Shown: positions 18,053 through 27,218 of the stretch, piece after piece
Position numbering within the stretch: the stretch's first letter is position 1
Layout: every line of letters starts with the position of its first letter
From: Verrucomicrobiia bacterium
GTDB lineage: Bacteria; Verrucomicrobiota; Verrucomicrobiia; Verrucomicrobiales; Akkermansiaceae
NCBI GenBank assembly: GCA_963580345.1
Contig: CAUZKZ010000001.1
Location: 1 to 53,110 of the forward strand
Length of the DNA stretch: 53,110 bases
Reading direction: 5' to 3'
Notes under the pieces: generated by a model
What the model was told of the DNA's origin: nothing
The model's database searches: none
The model's input: only the letters and a program-made list of their open reading frames with translations
Position numbers and translations under genes: made by a program

Positions 18053-18256
18053 CTATTTCCTGGGCAGGGGCCGGGGTTTGGCGATGGACTGGTCGCGGGT
18101 GAACTTCCAGGTGTAGGCAGTGTTGACGAGGAAGAAGGTATCGACGTTGACGGTCCAGAAGCCGGTGGACCACCTGGGATTCTCCATCTTGGCATCGGGA
18201 TCGTGCATACCGCGGATGTAGACGGAAGCCTTGGCGGCGTTCCGCTTCACGGCCAC
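18053..18256 (-). CDS. Small hypothetical protein (>=67 aa; start uncertain)
   Basis: Strong G/C bias at third codon positions, with genome-typical codons (aag, ttc, tac, aac). Followed by a terminator. No recognisable motif (..NPRWSTGFWTVNVDTFFLVNTAYTWKF..). Confidence 0.45.
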   Translation of the reverse strand: MAVKRNAAKASVYIRGMHDPDAKMENPRWSTGFWTVNVDTFFLVNTAYTWKFTRDQSIAKPRPLPRK

Positions 18257-18285
18257 CGCGATGGCGCGTTCCGGATCGAGGTGAC

Positions 18286-20192
18286 TCAGGGGATGGAAAC
18301 CTCGACGCGGGTCTTGCTCGCCACCTTGACCGCTTTCTCGCTTTCCTTCCCGGCCTGCCTGTAGACGAGGCGGTATGTTCCGGCGGGGAGGGAGAGGTCC
18401 TCTCCTCCGCTCACCCCGCGGCTTACCAGCTTGTCGCCCGCGAAGACCTCGAAGGGAATGGCGAGGGCCTGTCGGAGGGCCTGGGCCAATTGGGCGCCAT
18501 CAGGCGCGTTCAAGTACTGGCCTTTCCCCAGTGCGGCCCAACTCTCGAAAGTTTTTTGCAGGTCCTGGTCGTCGATGGCGTAGCCCACGATATTGACCCG
18601 CACCGCGAGCCCCTGGGCACGCAGTCCCTTGATGGCCAGAGCGGGATCGCCCTCGCAAGTTTCCTCCCCGTCGGTCAGGAGGATGACTATGCGGTCCCCG
18701 GTGACTTGGGCCAGATCGGAGGCCACCTTCTCGAGCGAAGCCGCAATGGGAGTCTTGGCCAGGTTCATGGCCTTGATCGTCGAAAGGGTCTTCTTGACCG
18801 CCGCGCGGTCGAGCGGCTGGAGGGGAATCTCCAGGTCGGTGCGGCAACTGCCCGATTCCTTGTGACCGAAGACCCGCAGGGCGAATCCAGTCCCGGCCGG
18901 GATGGTGTCGCCCACCAGGGAGGTCAGGGTGTCCTTGGCGATTTCGATACGCCGCTTTCCGCCTTGCCGTTGCAGCATGCTGCCGGAGGCGTCGAGGATC
19001 ACTTCCACGGCGGAGCCCTCTCCGAAGCCCCTGGTGTAGTCCACCAGCACGCGGAGCGCGCCGGGCTCGGTGGGCGGCGGCGTGACCTTGATGGGGCGGG
19101 TGGCGAGCACCTTCCCCTCGCGGGTGCGGTAGCGCAGTTCGTAGGTGCCCGCCTGCACCGGACCACAATCTCGACCCGGGCCTCGGCGGCATCGATATAG
19201 GCGTAAGCGCGCGCCGTTTCCTTCTCCGCCGGAGCGTGCACCAGGACCTGATCCTGGCGGTTGCCCGGGCCGGTCCAATCCACGGGAAAGACCAGTCCGC
19301 CCACCACTTCGCCGGGAGCATTGAGGGTGGCGGACACCTTCGCCACCTTGACCGGTTGGCGCGCGATGGCCTTGCCTCCCGTCAGGTAGACCACCTCGTA
19401 GTCGCCCAGCTCCTCCGGAGCGGTGAGGAGCACGGTCCGGGCCGTGCTTTGCGAGGTGTAGCCGTAGCTGGCCCCCGCGACCCGGCCCTGCGACCCGGCC
19501 TTTACGATGGTGACGAGGTCGCCCTTGTTGTTGGGACCTTCCCAGGTCACTTCCAGGTCACCACCAGCCTGCACCGTCTTTCGCGTCTGCACCTTGGCCA
19601 GGGTACCGCCCACCCGCAGCTTGGAACGCGCCAGGATCACTTTTTGCATCAGGTGGACGATCTGGTAGGAGCCGTCCCGCACCGGTGCCTTGAGCTTGAC
19701 GACCCCGTCCCCGGCCTGGGCTGCGTAAGCGTAAGAGCCACCCGGCAGAAGGCTTCCGTCGGCCTTGGCCACCCGGATGGTGTCCTGTTTGTAGGCGGGC
19801 CCGGTGAACTTGACGTCGATGGCCTGATTGATTTCGGCCGTCGGGGGCGCGTTCAGGGTGGCGGTCACCGGGGTGACTTCAAATTTCACGAGGGCGAAAA
19901 CGTCGTTGCGCTCCGCGAACTTCACGGCGTAGCTCCCCGGGGTGGGGGGAGCGGTCAGATTGAGCGCCTTCTTCTTCGTGGCGTAGGCGTAGGAGGCGGC
20001 GGGCAGGACGCCGCCGTCCGCCTTCACGATGGTGAGACGTCCCTTGATTTGCGCGCCGTTCCAGGTCACCTGGAAGGGACCTCCGGCCGGAGTGGAGGCC
20101 GGCACTTTCAAGCCCGCCTTGTTGGTACCTTGCGCATCGACCGCGCCCAGGCACAGGACGATCCCTATCGCAGTGCGAATGACAGTTTTCAT
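18286..20192 (-). pseudogene. Secreted protein with four ~90-aa repeats plus a C-terminal von Willebrand factor A domain, interrupted by a single-base frameshift near 19160-19161
   Basis: ORF 18999..20192 has the signal peptide MKTVIRTAIGIVLCLGAVDA and repeats with the pattern SYAYA..L.AP..G.Y. ORF 18286..19278 has the MIDAS motif VILDASGSM. The two join seamlessly as ...RVEIVV|PVQAGTYELRY if one extra C is read in GTGGTCC^GGTG. Confidence 0.8.
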
Positions 20193-20326
20193 TGGTTCGT
20201 GTGGCTTCGGTTAGCTGAGGATTTCAGCACGGCGCCGGGAGATGGAAAGAGAAATCCGGGCTCGTCGGCCCCCCGTTTCTTGAGGTGGAATGCCCGCGCA
20301 ACTGCGCTAGGATTGTCCGTGCAGCG

Positions 20327-21880
20327 ATGGCGGAGCAGCCCGAAATGAGATCGAGACTGGCGGAGGTGCCTCACCAGCCGGGAATCTACCTGATGAAGGA
20401 TCGCCTCGGGTCGGTGATCTACGTCGGGAAGGCCCGTGATTTGCGGAAGCGTCTCGGGAGTTATTTCATGCCGTCCCGCAAGCAGCAGGCCGATCTCAAG
20501 ACCCGGGCCCTGCTCGACTCGATTTGGGACTTTGAGGTTCACCTCGTGCGCAACGAGCAGGAAGCGTTGTTGCTGGAGGGCAAGCTCATCAAGCAGTACC
20601 GGCCGCGCTACAACGTGAGCTTTCGCGACGACAAGCGGTTTCTCCTCGCCAAGATCAATCCCAGGGACCCGTGGCCGCGCTTTGTCCTGACGCGCCTCAA
20701 GAAGGACGATGGGGCACATTACTTCGGGCCCTTTGCGCACTCTGGCGCCCTGCGTGCCACCATCGCCTGGCTGAACAAGGAGTTCGGCCTGCGCAGTTGC
20801 CGGACGCTGATTCCCACCGAGAAGGACTACAAGCACTGCAGCGCGGACGTGATCCGGAACTGTACCGCGCCCTGTATCGGCAAGATCACGCGGGAGGAGT
20901 ACCTGGAGCGGGTCGTCCAGGCAGGCGATCTGCTGAAAGGGAAGGGGAGACGCGAGCGGATGAAGTCGTTGCACGAGGAGATGGAGAAAGCGGCCGCGCG
21001 CATGGACTTCGAGCGCGCGGCGCGCCTGCGTGACATCGTGCAGAACCTGGAGCGCACCCTCAACCCGACCCGCCAGTTTTCGCGGGGCCGGGGAGTGCCC
21101 ACCACCGTCAAGCCGCTCGATGACCTTTCCGAGCTCGCCGACGCCCTGCAGCTAACCGGGTCGCCCGCCATCATGGAGTGCTTCGATATCTCGAACGTTT
21201 CCAGCAACCACATCGTGGCCTCCATGGTGCGCTTCGTGGACGGACTCCCGGACAACCGAAACTATCGCCGCTACCGCATCCGGACCGTGGACGGCCAGGA
21301 CGACTTCGCCAGTATGGCGGAAGTGATCCGGCGGCGCTATTCGCGGATTCTGAAGGAGGGAGTGGAGGCCAATCCCGGGGCGGAGGAGACGCAGGAAAGC
21401 CCGGTGGAGGCGATGCGGCGGCTGGCGAAGGAGGGCAACGCGCCCATCACGCTCCCCGATCTCGTCATCGTGGACGGCGGAAAGGGCCAGCTCAGTTCCG
21501 CGACCGGGGAATTGCAGCGGCTGGGGCTGCACGAACTCCCCATCATCGGCCTCGCCAAGAAGCGCGAAGAAATCTTCCGCCCCGGCCACGGCGACCCGCT
21601 GCTGCTCTCCCACGACACCGGGGCCCTCAAGCTCCTGCAGCGGATTCGCGACGAAGCGCATCGCTTCGCGAACAGCTACAACGAGTTGCTCCTGCGCAAG
21701 CGGATGAAGGAGTCGCTCCTGGACGATTGCCCCGGGATCTCTCCCAAGCGCAAGGCCACCCTGCTGAAGAAGTTCGGTTCGGTGGAGCGGATCCGCAAGG
21801 TGAGTGCGGCGGAGATCGCGGAGTTACCGGGGATCTCCCTTCGATCGGCGGAGGCGATGCTGGAGTGGCTGAACTCCTGA
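20327..21880 (+). CDS. uvrC: Excinuclease ABC subunit C
   Basis: GIY-YIG motif (PGIYLMKD..VIYVGKA), UVR domain (MDFERAARLRDIVQNLE), endonuclease domain (IMECFDISN, IVDGGKGQ) and C-terminal HhH pair. Start set at ATG 20327. Confidence 0.9.
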   Translation: MAEQPEMRSRLAEVPHQPGIYLMKDRLGSVIYVGKARDLRKRLGSYFMPSRKQQADLKTRALLDSIWDFEVHLVRNEQEALLLEGKLIKQYRPRYNVSFRDDKRFLLAKINPRDPWPRFVLTRLKKDDGAHYFGPFAHSGALRATIAWLNKEFGLRSCRTLIPTEKDYKHCSADVIRNCTAPCIGKITREEYLERVVQAGDLLKGKGRRERMKSLHEEMEKAAARMDFERAARLRDIVQNLERTLNPTRQFSRGRGVPTTVKPLDDLSELADALQLTGSPAIMECFDISNVSSNHIVASMVRFVDGLPDNRNYRRYRIRTVDGQDDFASMAEVIRRRYSRILKEGVEANPGAEETQESPVEAMRRLAKEGNAPITLPDLVIVDGGKGQLSSATGELQRLGLHELPIIGLAKKREEIFRPGHGDPLLLSHDTGALKLLQRIRDEAHRFANSYNELLLRKRMKESLLDDCPGISPKRKATLLKKFGSVERIRKVSAAEIAELPGISLRSAEAMLEWLNS

Positions 21881-21967
21881 AGAGGAGCGCGGTCCGGGGA
21901 CGCCCCGCCGGTCAACGCCTTCGCGTGGTTCCTTGAGGGCCATTTTTGAGCGATTTTGTCTCCTTGA

Positions 21968-22435
21968 ATGAAGGCTTCCGACCCTAGGATGTTGGCAGCC
22001 ATGATGCGAACCCGAGGCATCGAAGTCCTGACGCTTTTGCCGCTGCTGGCCTTGCCGCTGGTGCTCGCACCGGCCGCCAGTGCGCTCCCGGGCGATATCG
22101 AGTTCGTCTTTGCCGCGCCCCCTGCCGCGTCCAGCTCGATCGAGGTGCTTGACGTGGACGGGGAAGGGAAAATTCTCGCCCTCGCCATGATTTCGAACCT
22201 CGAGCGACGATTGCTGCGCTATCTTCCCAACGGATCCCTGGATCCCACCTTCCAGGAGCCCGTCGAGCTGGGGGGCAGGACCCGTACCGCCGCCATCCTG
22301 AGCGACAACACCATCATCGCGGCGGGAAACTACTTGTTAGACGGCGAGGTGGTTGGTGCCGTGCACCTCCTTGGGGACGGTTCGCGCGACGTCTATGCCG
22401 GTGTTCTCTGCTACTCCGGGGGGATGGGCCATTGA
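21968..22435 (+). CDS. N-terminal part of a secreted repeat protein (signal peptide plus delta-60/beta-propeller-like repeats), probably truncated by a frame disruption
   Basis: Signal peptide MMRTRGIEVLTLLPLLALPLVLAPAASA and the motif RYLPNGSLDPTF. Ends after only 155 aa, overlapping the next ORF. Confidence 0.5.
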   Translation: MKASDPRMLAAMMRTRGIEVLTLLPLLALPLVLAPAASALPGDIEFVFAAPPAASSSIEVLDVDGEGKILALAMISNLERRLLRYLPNGSLDPTFQEPVELGGRTRTAAILSDNTIIAAGNYLLDGEVVGAVHLLGDGSRDVYAGVLCYSGGMGH

Positions 22436-22883
22436 CGCCGGGGAGGTCCTGCACCTGCGCGCATCGTCCCGCACCTGGCCGCGGCCCACCTATCAATGGA
22501 AGCTTGGGGGGGTCGCCATCGCCGGGGCCAACCGCCCGGGACTCCATCTCCCGCGGACCGATTTTTCCGATGGCGGCCGGTACACGGTCACGATCACTAA
22601 CGAACTCGGCAGCGCCGATTCGCAGCCCGCACCGGTCTTTGTCCGAAACGGCTTTCGCTTCGATTCGCGTGACGCGGCCGGCATCAGCCGCCTCCGTCTC
22701 CCCACCGTGGACGGCCGCCAGTACGAGCTGGAACGCAATGCCGGGCTCGCGAAGGGCGACTGGTCCGTATTCGAGTCGTTCACCGGGGACGGAACGGTCC
22801 GGGAGATCAGTGATGCCGCCGCCGGAGTGCCGGCCCGGTTCTATCGCGCCAGGGTGAGACGCGACGATCTGACTGGCGAGTAG
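22395..22883 (+). CDS. Ig-like (I-set-like) domain plus C-terminal beta-sandwich segment; probably the continuation of 21968..22435
   Basis: PVFSATPGGWAIDAGEVLHLRASS...YQWKLGGVAIAGAN...DGGRYTVTITNELGSADS matches the bacterial Ig-like pattern. It has no signal peptide of its own. The frame is open from 22353, and the first ATG is at 22395. Confidence 0.5.
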   Translation: MPVFSATPGGWAIDAGEVLHLRASSRTWPRPTYQWKLGGVAIAGANRPGLHLPRTDFSDGGRYTVTITNELGSADSQPAPVFVRNGFRFDSRDAAGISRLRLPTVDGRQYELERNAGLAKGDWSVFESFTGDGTVREISDAAAGVPARFYRARVRRDDLTGE

Positions 22884-22933
22884 AGCGGCCGCCGAGCCGA
22901 CCTGCAATCGGTCGAGAAGGGCCGGAGGATTTG

Positions 22934-22970
22934 CTAGTAGTGCGTCAGATTAAGGTTGATGGACTACTAG
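22934..22970. repeat. Inverted repeat CTAGTAGT-N21-ACTACTAG between convergent genes; the left arm plus 7 nt matches the inverted terminal 15 nt of the 87-nt repeat (14/15)
   Basis: Read directly from the sequence. The right arm contains the TAG-TAG double stop of sufE. Confidence 0.7.
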
Positions 22971-23386
22971 GACGTCGCCGCGAATTCCAACGCCCGCTGT
23001 TTCATTTGGGTCGCCATGAGGTTGAGGGCGTTGGCGCGGGTGGGCGCGAGGTGTTCCTTCAGGCCGGTCTTGTCGATGAAGGCGAAGTCGGCGGTGAGGA
23101 TCTGGTCGGGCCTTTCGCCGTTGAGGAAGCGGATGAAGAGCGCGATCATGCCCTTCGTGATCTGCGAATCGGAGTCGGCGATGTAGTGCACCGTGCCATT
23201 TTCGCAAGTGGCATCGAGCCACACCTGCGACTGGCAGCCCTCGATGAGCAGGTCGGCGGTTTTCTGTTCCTCGGGCATGGCGGGCAGCTGCCGGCCGAGA
23301 CCGATGACGTACTCGTAGCGCTCCGTCCAGTCCGGTAAGAGGTTGAGCTCTTCGAGGAGTTGCTCCTGTTTTTCGGCGATCGTCAT
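22967..23386 (-). CDS. sufE: Cysteine desulfuration (sulfur acceptor) protein SufE
   Basis: 139 aa with the hallmark motif LIEGCQSQVWL containing the acceptor Cys. Confidence 0.85.
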   Translation of the reverse strand: MTIAEKQEQLLEELNLLPDWTERYEYVIGLGRQLPAMPEEQKTADLLIEGCQSQVWLDATCENGTVHYIADSDSQITKGMIALFIRFLNGERPDQILTADFAFIDKTGLKEHLAPTRANALNLMATQMKQRALEFAATS

Positions 23387-23467
23387 CTCCGGGGAGAAGA
23401 AACCGCGAAATACGCGAAATACACGAAAATTCTGGTGGAGGGCGGCGCGTTACAGAGACTGACCGAT

Positions 23468-25453
23468 ATGGATGGACGAGGGCAGCCCCTGACGAGGCTC
23501 GGAATGATCTGGATTTGCGGTGTTTCAGGCTTGCTTGCAGACCGGGCCGATTTGGGGAATGACGAACTGGAGCGCTACTTTGAACGCCGGGTGGAGGCGC
23601 TGGAAAGCCCGCTGAAAGGAGTCAAGACTCTCGAGGAATGGAAGGCGAAGCAGCCGGTCTATCGCAAGCAGCTGCTCGGGATGCTCGGCCTCGATCCCAT
23701 GCCGGAACGCACGCCGTTGAAGCCGGTCGTCACTGGAAAGATCGTGCGGGACGAGTTCACGGTGGAGAACCTGCACTTCCAGTCTTCGCCCGGGCTCTAC
23801 GTCACGGGAAATCTCTACCTGCCCGTGAAGCGCGAAGGCAGGGTTCCGGCCGTCCTTTACGGATGTGGGCACGCCGGGGTCAGGAAAGACGGAGTGAGCT
23901 ACGGCAACAAGTGCCACTACCAGCACCACGGAATCTGGTTCGCGCGGAACGGCTACGCCTGTCTCGTGATCGACACCCTGCAACTCGGCGAGATCGTGGG
24001 CACTCACCACGGGCTCTTTCGCCACAACCGCTGGTGGTGGATTCCGCGTGGTTATACCCCCGCCGGCTTGGAGGCCTGGAACTGTGTGCGCGCCCTCGAC
24101 TACCTGCAGTCGCGCCCGGAAATCGATGCGGGGGCAATCGGGGTGACGGGGCGCAGCGGAGGCGGCGCCTACAGCTGGTGGATCGCGGCGATCGACGAGC
24201 GTATCAAGGTGGCGGTCCCGGTGGCCGGAATCGCTTCCCTGAAGAACCACGTGGTGGACGGCTGCGTGGAAGGGCATTGCGATTGCATGTACCAGATGAA
24301 CAGCCGGGGGTGGGACTTCGAGATGGTGGCCGCCCTGGTCGCACCGCGGCCCCTGCTGATCTCGAACACCGACAAGGACTCCATCTTTCCGCTCGATGGA
24401 GTTTACCAAGTCTACGCGGGAGTGCGGCGTATCTACGATCTTTACCCGGCACCCGGGAACCTGGGACTGAATATTGAAGAGGGGCCACACGAGGACACGC
24501 AGCCGCTGCGGACCTCGGCCTTTCACTGGATGAACCGGCACTTGAAGGGAGCGAAGCCGACCGACACCTTCGAGCTGGCGGCGGTGAAGTTGTTCGAGCC
24601 CGAGGAGTTGAAGGTGTTCGAGAAGCTGCCGGCGGACGAGCTCAACACCAAGGTCGACGAAATCTTCGTGCCGAAAGCGCCGGCCCCACAGTTGCCCAAG
24701 GATGTTGACGACTGGGAGCGGCAAAAGAGAGAGTGGACCGCGACGTTGAAGCAAAAGTGTTTCGGCGGGGGACCTGCAATGAATGTGAAACCGCTGCTTC
24801 GCCAGCGATCCGACGACAAGGCCAATGGCTTGCAGGTAAAGATGTTCAATCTGGAGACCGAGCCGGAGGCAACTTGCTGGCTTGGACTCATCCATCACGC
24901 CGGTATCAAGCTGCGCGATCTTTCCCACCTCAAGCTGATCGTGCTCGATGACGAGGGCTGGAAGGGATGGCTTGAAAACTACGAGCGCCCGGCAGATCCC
25001 GGCCAGGGTATCGCCTACCTGTGCGCGCGGGGCATCGGAGCGGTCTCGTGGCCGCACGACGACCGGAAGCGGATCCAGGTGCGCCGCCGCTTTGCGCTCA
25101 TAGGCCAGACCCTCGATGGCAGACGGATGTATGACATTCTGCAGGCTGTCCGGGCCCTCCGGGCGGAGGGAATGGGCGGAAAGGTCTTCACGCTCCAGGG
25201 CCGGGGCGTGATGGCGGGCAACGCCCTCTACGCCGCCCTGCTGCTCGACGTGCCGGTCTCGCGGCTCGAATTGCGGGACCTCCCCGCTTCCCACCGCGAG
25301 GGACCGTATTATCAGAACGTGCTCCAGGTCTGGGATCTCCCACAGGCCGTGGCGGTGGTGTCGGACCGGAGCACGGTCAATCTTCTCGGCAAGCAGGAGG
25401 CCGGCCGGTATGCGGCCGAGGTGCGCGCCGCCCTGGGGGGACGGTCCAGGTGA
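23468..25453 (+). CDS. Alpha/beta hydrolase, acetylxylan-esterase (AXE1/CE7)-like / dienelactone-hydrolase-like, with a large C-terminal extension
   Basis: LYLPVKREGRVPAVLYGCGHAG and the nucleophile-elbow-like GVTGRSGGGAYSWW. Start uncertain (ATG 23468 or 23504); the track ORF start at 23360 overlaps sufE. Confidence 0.6.
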   Translation: MDGRGQPLTRLGMIWICGVSGLLADRADLGNDELERYFERRVEALESPLKGVKTLEEWKAKQPVYRKQLLGMLGLDPMPERTPLKPVVTGKIVRDEFTVENLHFQSSPGLYVTGNLYLPVKREGRVPAVLYGCGHAGVRKDGVSYGNKCHYQHHGIWFARNGYACLVIDTLQLGEIVGTHHGLFRHNRWWWIPRGYTPAGLEAWNCVRALDYLQSRPEIDAGAIGVTGRSGGGAYSWWIAAIDERIKVAVPVAGIASLKNHVVDGCVEGHCDCMYQMNSRGWDFEMVAALVAPRPLLISNTDKDSIFPLDGVYQVYAGVRRIYDLYPAPGNLGLNIEEGPHEDTQPLRTSAFHWMNRHLKGAKPTDTFELAAVKLFEPEELKVFEKLPADELNTKVDEIFVPKAPAPQLPKDVDDWERQKREWTATLKQKCFGGGPAMNVKPLLRQRSDDKANGLQVKMFNLETEPEATCWLGLIHHAGIKLRDLSHLKLIVLDDEGWKGWLENYERPADPGQGIAYLCARGIGAVSWPHDDRKRIQVRRRFALIGQTLDGRRMYDILQAVRALRAEGMGGKVFTLQGRGVMAGNALYAALLLDVPVSRLELRDLPASHREGPYYQNVLQVWDLPQAVAVVSDRSTVNLLGKQEAGRYAAEVRAALGGRSR

Positions 25454-25513
25454 AGCAATCCTGCCAGCGGCACCCACCAGCAGTTCGCGTAACAGGCTGG
25501 CCCGCCCCCGTCG

Positions 25514-25600
25514 CGCCCAATCCACGCGGGTCCGCCGCCTTGCCAGCCCTTCGTTCCCCGGCGCGTCCATCCGTCATCTCAAACTTGACGCACTACTAGT
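25514..25600. repeat. 87-nt intergenic repeat, copy B
   Basis: 82/87 identity to 11381..11467 in the same orientation. Lies in a 446-nt gap between convergent genes. Confidence 0.85.
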
Positions 25601-25899
25601 GTACTGGCCGCCCTGATTTGATGGGCAGATTTGTAGGGCGGCCGCTCCGGCTGCCATATTTCCGAGCAATGTCCGGCAAGCGGAGCCCTCGCCCAACAAT
25701 TCCAATCAGATGACGCCGGTCGAGGCACTAGTGCACCATTCGCAAAGTTAGAGTGCGTTCGGAGTAGTTGAGATTTGGGAGTTGAGTCAGCGGTCTACGA
25801 CCGGGACGGTCGTGCCACTTTTCCCGGATCGACCAGCAAAGGTCGGATCAATTCCGGAACTTGGCACGCGAGGCATGGCGCTTGAAAAGCGCCGCCACC

Positions 25900-27123
25900 T
25901 CAGCGCAGGAGGGCGGCGCTCTTGTCGACTGCTTCCAGGAGGCGTTCCACGTCGGCCTTGGTGTTGAAGCACGCGAAGGAGGCCCGCACCGTACCGGTGA
26001 CGCCGAAGCGGGCCATGAGAGGTTGGCAGCATTGGTGGCCGGTGCGGACTGCGACACCCATCTTGTCGATGAGAGTGCCGAGATCGTAGTGGTGGACGCC
26101 TTCGAGATTGAAGGAGAGTGCCCCGGTGCGGTCGTGGGGGCCATAGAGAGTGATGCCGGGGATTTTGGCGAGGGCCTTGGCGGCGGCGCCGATGACGCTG
26201 GCTTCGTGACCGTGCAACTCGTCGAGACCGAGACGGTGGAGGAAGTCGAGGGCCGCCCCGAGGGCGATGGCGCCCTCGATGTGGGGAGTGCCGGCTTCGT
26301 ACTTGTAGGGAGGATCGTTGTAGGTGGTGCCGGTGTACTCGACCTTTCTGATCATTTCTCCGCCGCCTCGCCACGGCGGGAGTTCCTCGAGCAACTCGCG
26401 GCGTCCGTGGAGAATCCCGATACCGGTGGGGGCGTAGGCCTTGTGACCCGAGAAGGCGTAGAAGTCGGCGCCGATCTCCTGCACGTCGACCGCGAGGTGG
26501 GGAAGGGCCTGCGCTCCATCGATCAGGACCAATGCGCCGGCCTCGTGAGCAGCCTGCACGAGGGGCTGGACCGGCAGGACGGTGCCGAAGGCATTCGAAA
26601 TATGGGGGAAGGCCACCAGCCGGGGACATTGGTCGAGGAGGCGATGGAAGGCCTCCAGGTCGAGGGTGCCGTCGTCGTGGAGAGGCACGACCTTCAATTC
26701 CGCGCCGGTGTGCCCGCAGAGCATCTGCCAGGGGACGACGTTGGAGTGGTGATCGAGATTGGTGATGACGATCGAGTCGCCCCTGGCCATCCGGCTGGAA
26801 TCGCGGAGGATGCTCGCGACGAGGTTGATCCCGTCGGTGGTGCCGCCGGTGAAGATGATCTCGTCGGGTGAAGAGGCATTGAGGTGCCTTGCGACGGTCT
26901 TGCGGGCCTCCTCATGGGCCGCGGTGGCGACCTGGGCGAGGTGGTGGGTGCCGCGGTGAATGTTGGAGTTGTATTCCTCGTAATACCGTCGGCTGGCCTC
27001 CAGCACGCAGCGCGGCTTCTGCGAAGTGGCGGCATTGTCGAGATAGACGAGGGGCTTCCCGTGGACTTCCTGGTCGAGAATCGGGAACTCGGCACGGACG
27101 GCGCTGACATCGTAACCGCTCAT
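25900..27123 (-). CDS. sufS: Cysteine desulfurase, SufS subfamily (class V aminotransferase)
   Basis: FPILDQEVHGKPLVYLDNAATSQKP, PLP-lysine motif FSGHKAYAPTGIGILHG and active-site-loop region RTGHQCCQP. Start set at ATG 27121-27123. Confidence 0.9.
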   Translation of the reverse strand: MSGYDVSAVRAEFPILDQEVHGKPLVYLDNAATSQKPRCVLEASRRYYEEYNSNIHRGTHHLAQVATAAHEEARKTVARHLNASSPDEIIFTGGTTDGINLVASILRDSSRMARGDSIVITNLDHHSNVVPWQMLCGHTGAELKVVPLHDDGTLDLEAFHRLLDQCPRLVAFPHISNAFGTVLPVQPLVQAAHEAGALVLIDGAQALPHLAVDVQEIGADFYAFSGHKAYAPTGIGILHGRRELLEELPPWRGGGEMIRKVEYTGTTYNDPPYKYEAGTPHIEGAIALGAALDFLHRLGLDELHGHEASVIGAAAKALAKIPGITLYGPHDRTGALSFNLEGVHHYDLGTLIDKMGVAVRTGHQCCQPLMARFGVTGTVRASFACFNTKADVERLLEAVDKSAALLR

Positions 27124-27218
27124 GTTCGGGGAGAAGGGAACCGCACTTTGGCGCGGATGCACGCAGAATCTTTTCAAGAGGAGTTATGAGGCCGGAGGCA
27201 AACTGTTAAGAGAAAAGA

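Noticed and set aside
22967-27123. sufE and sufS separated by an esterase-like gene, as an unusual Fe-S assembly locus
   Set aside because: sufE and sufS are often scattered, and no sufBCD genes are present to suggest a disrupted operon. The genes are on opposite sides of a convergent gap with independent orientation. This is ordinary gene-order variation.
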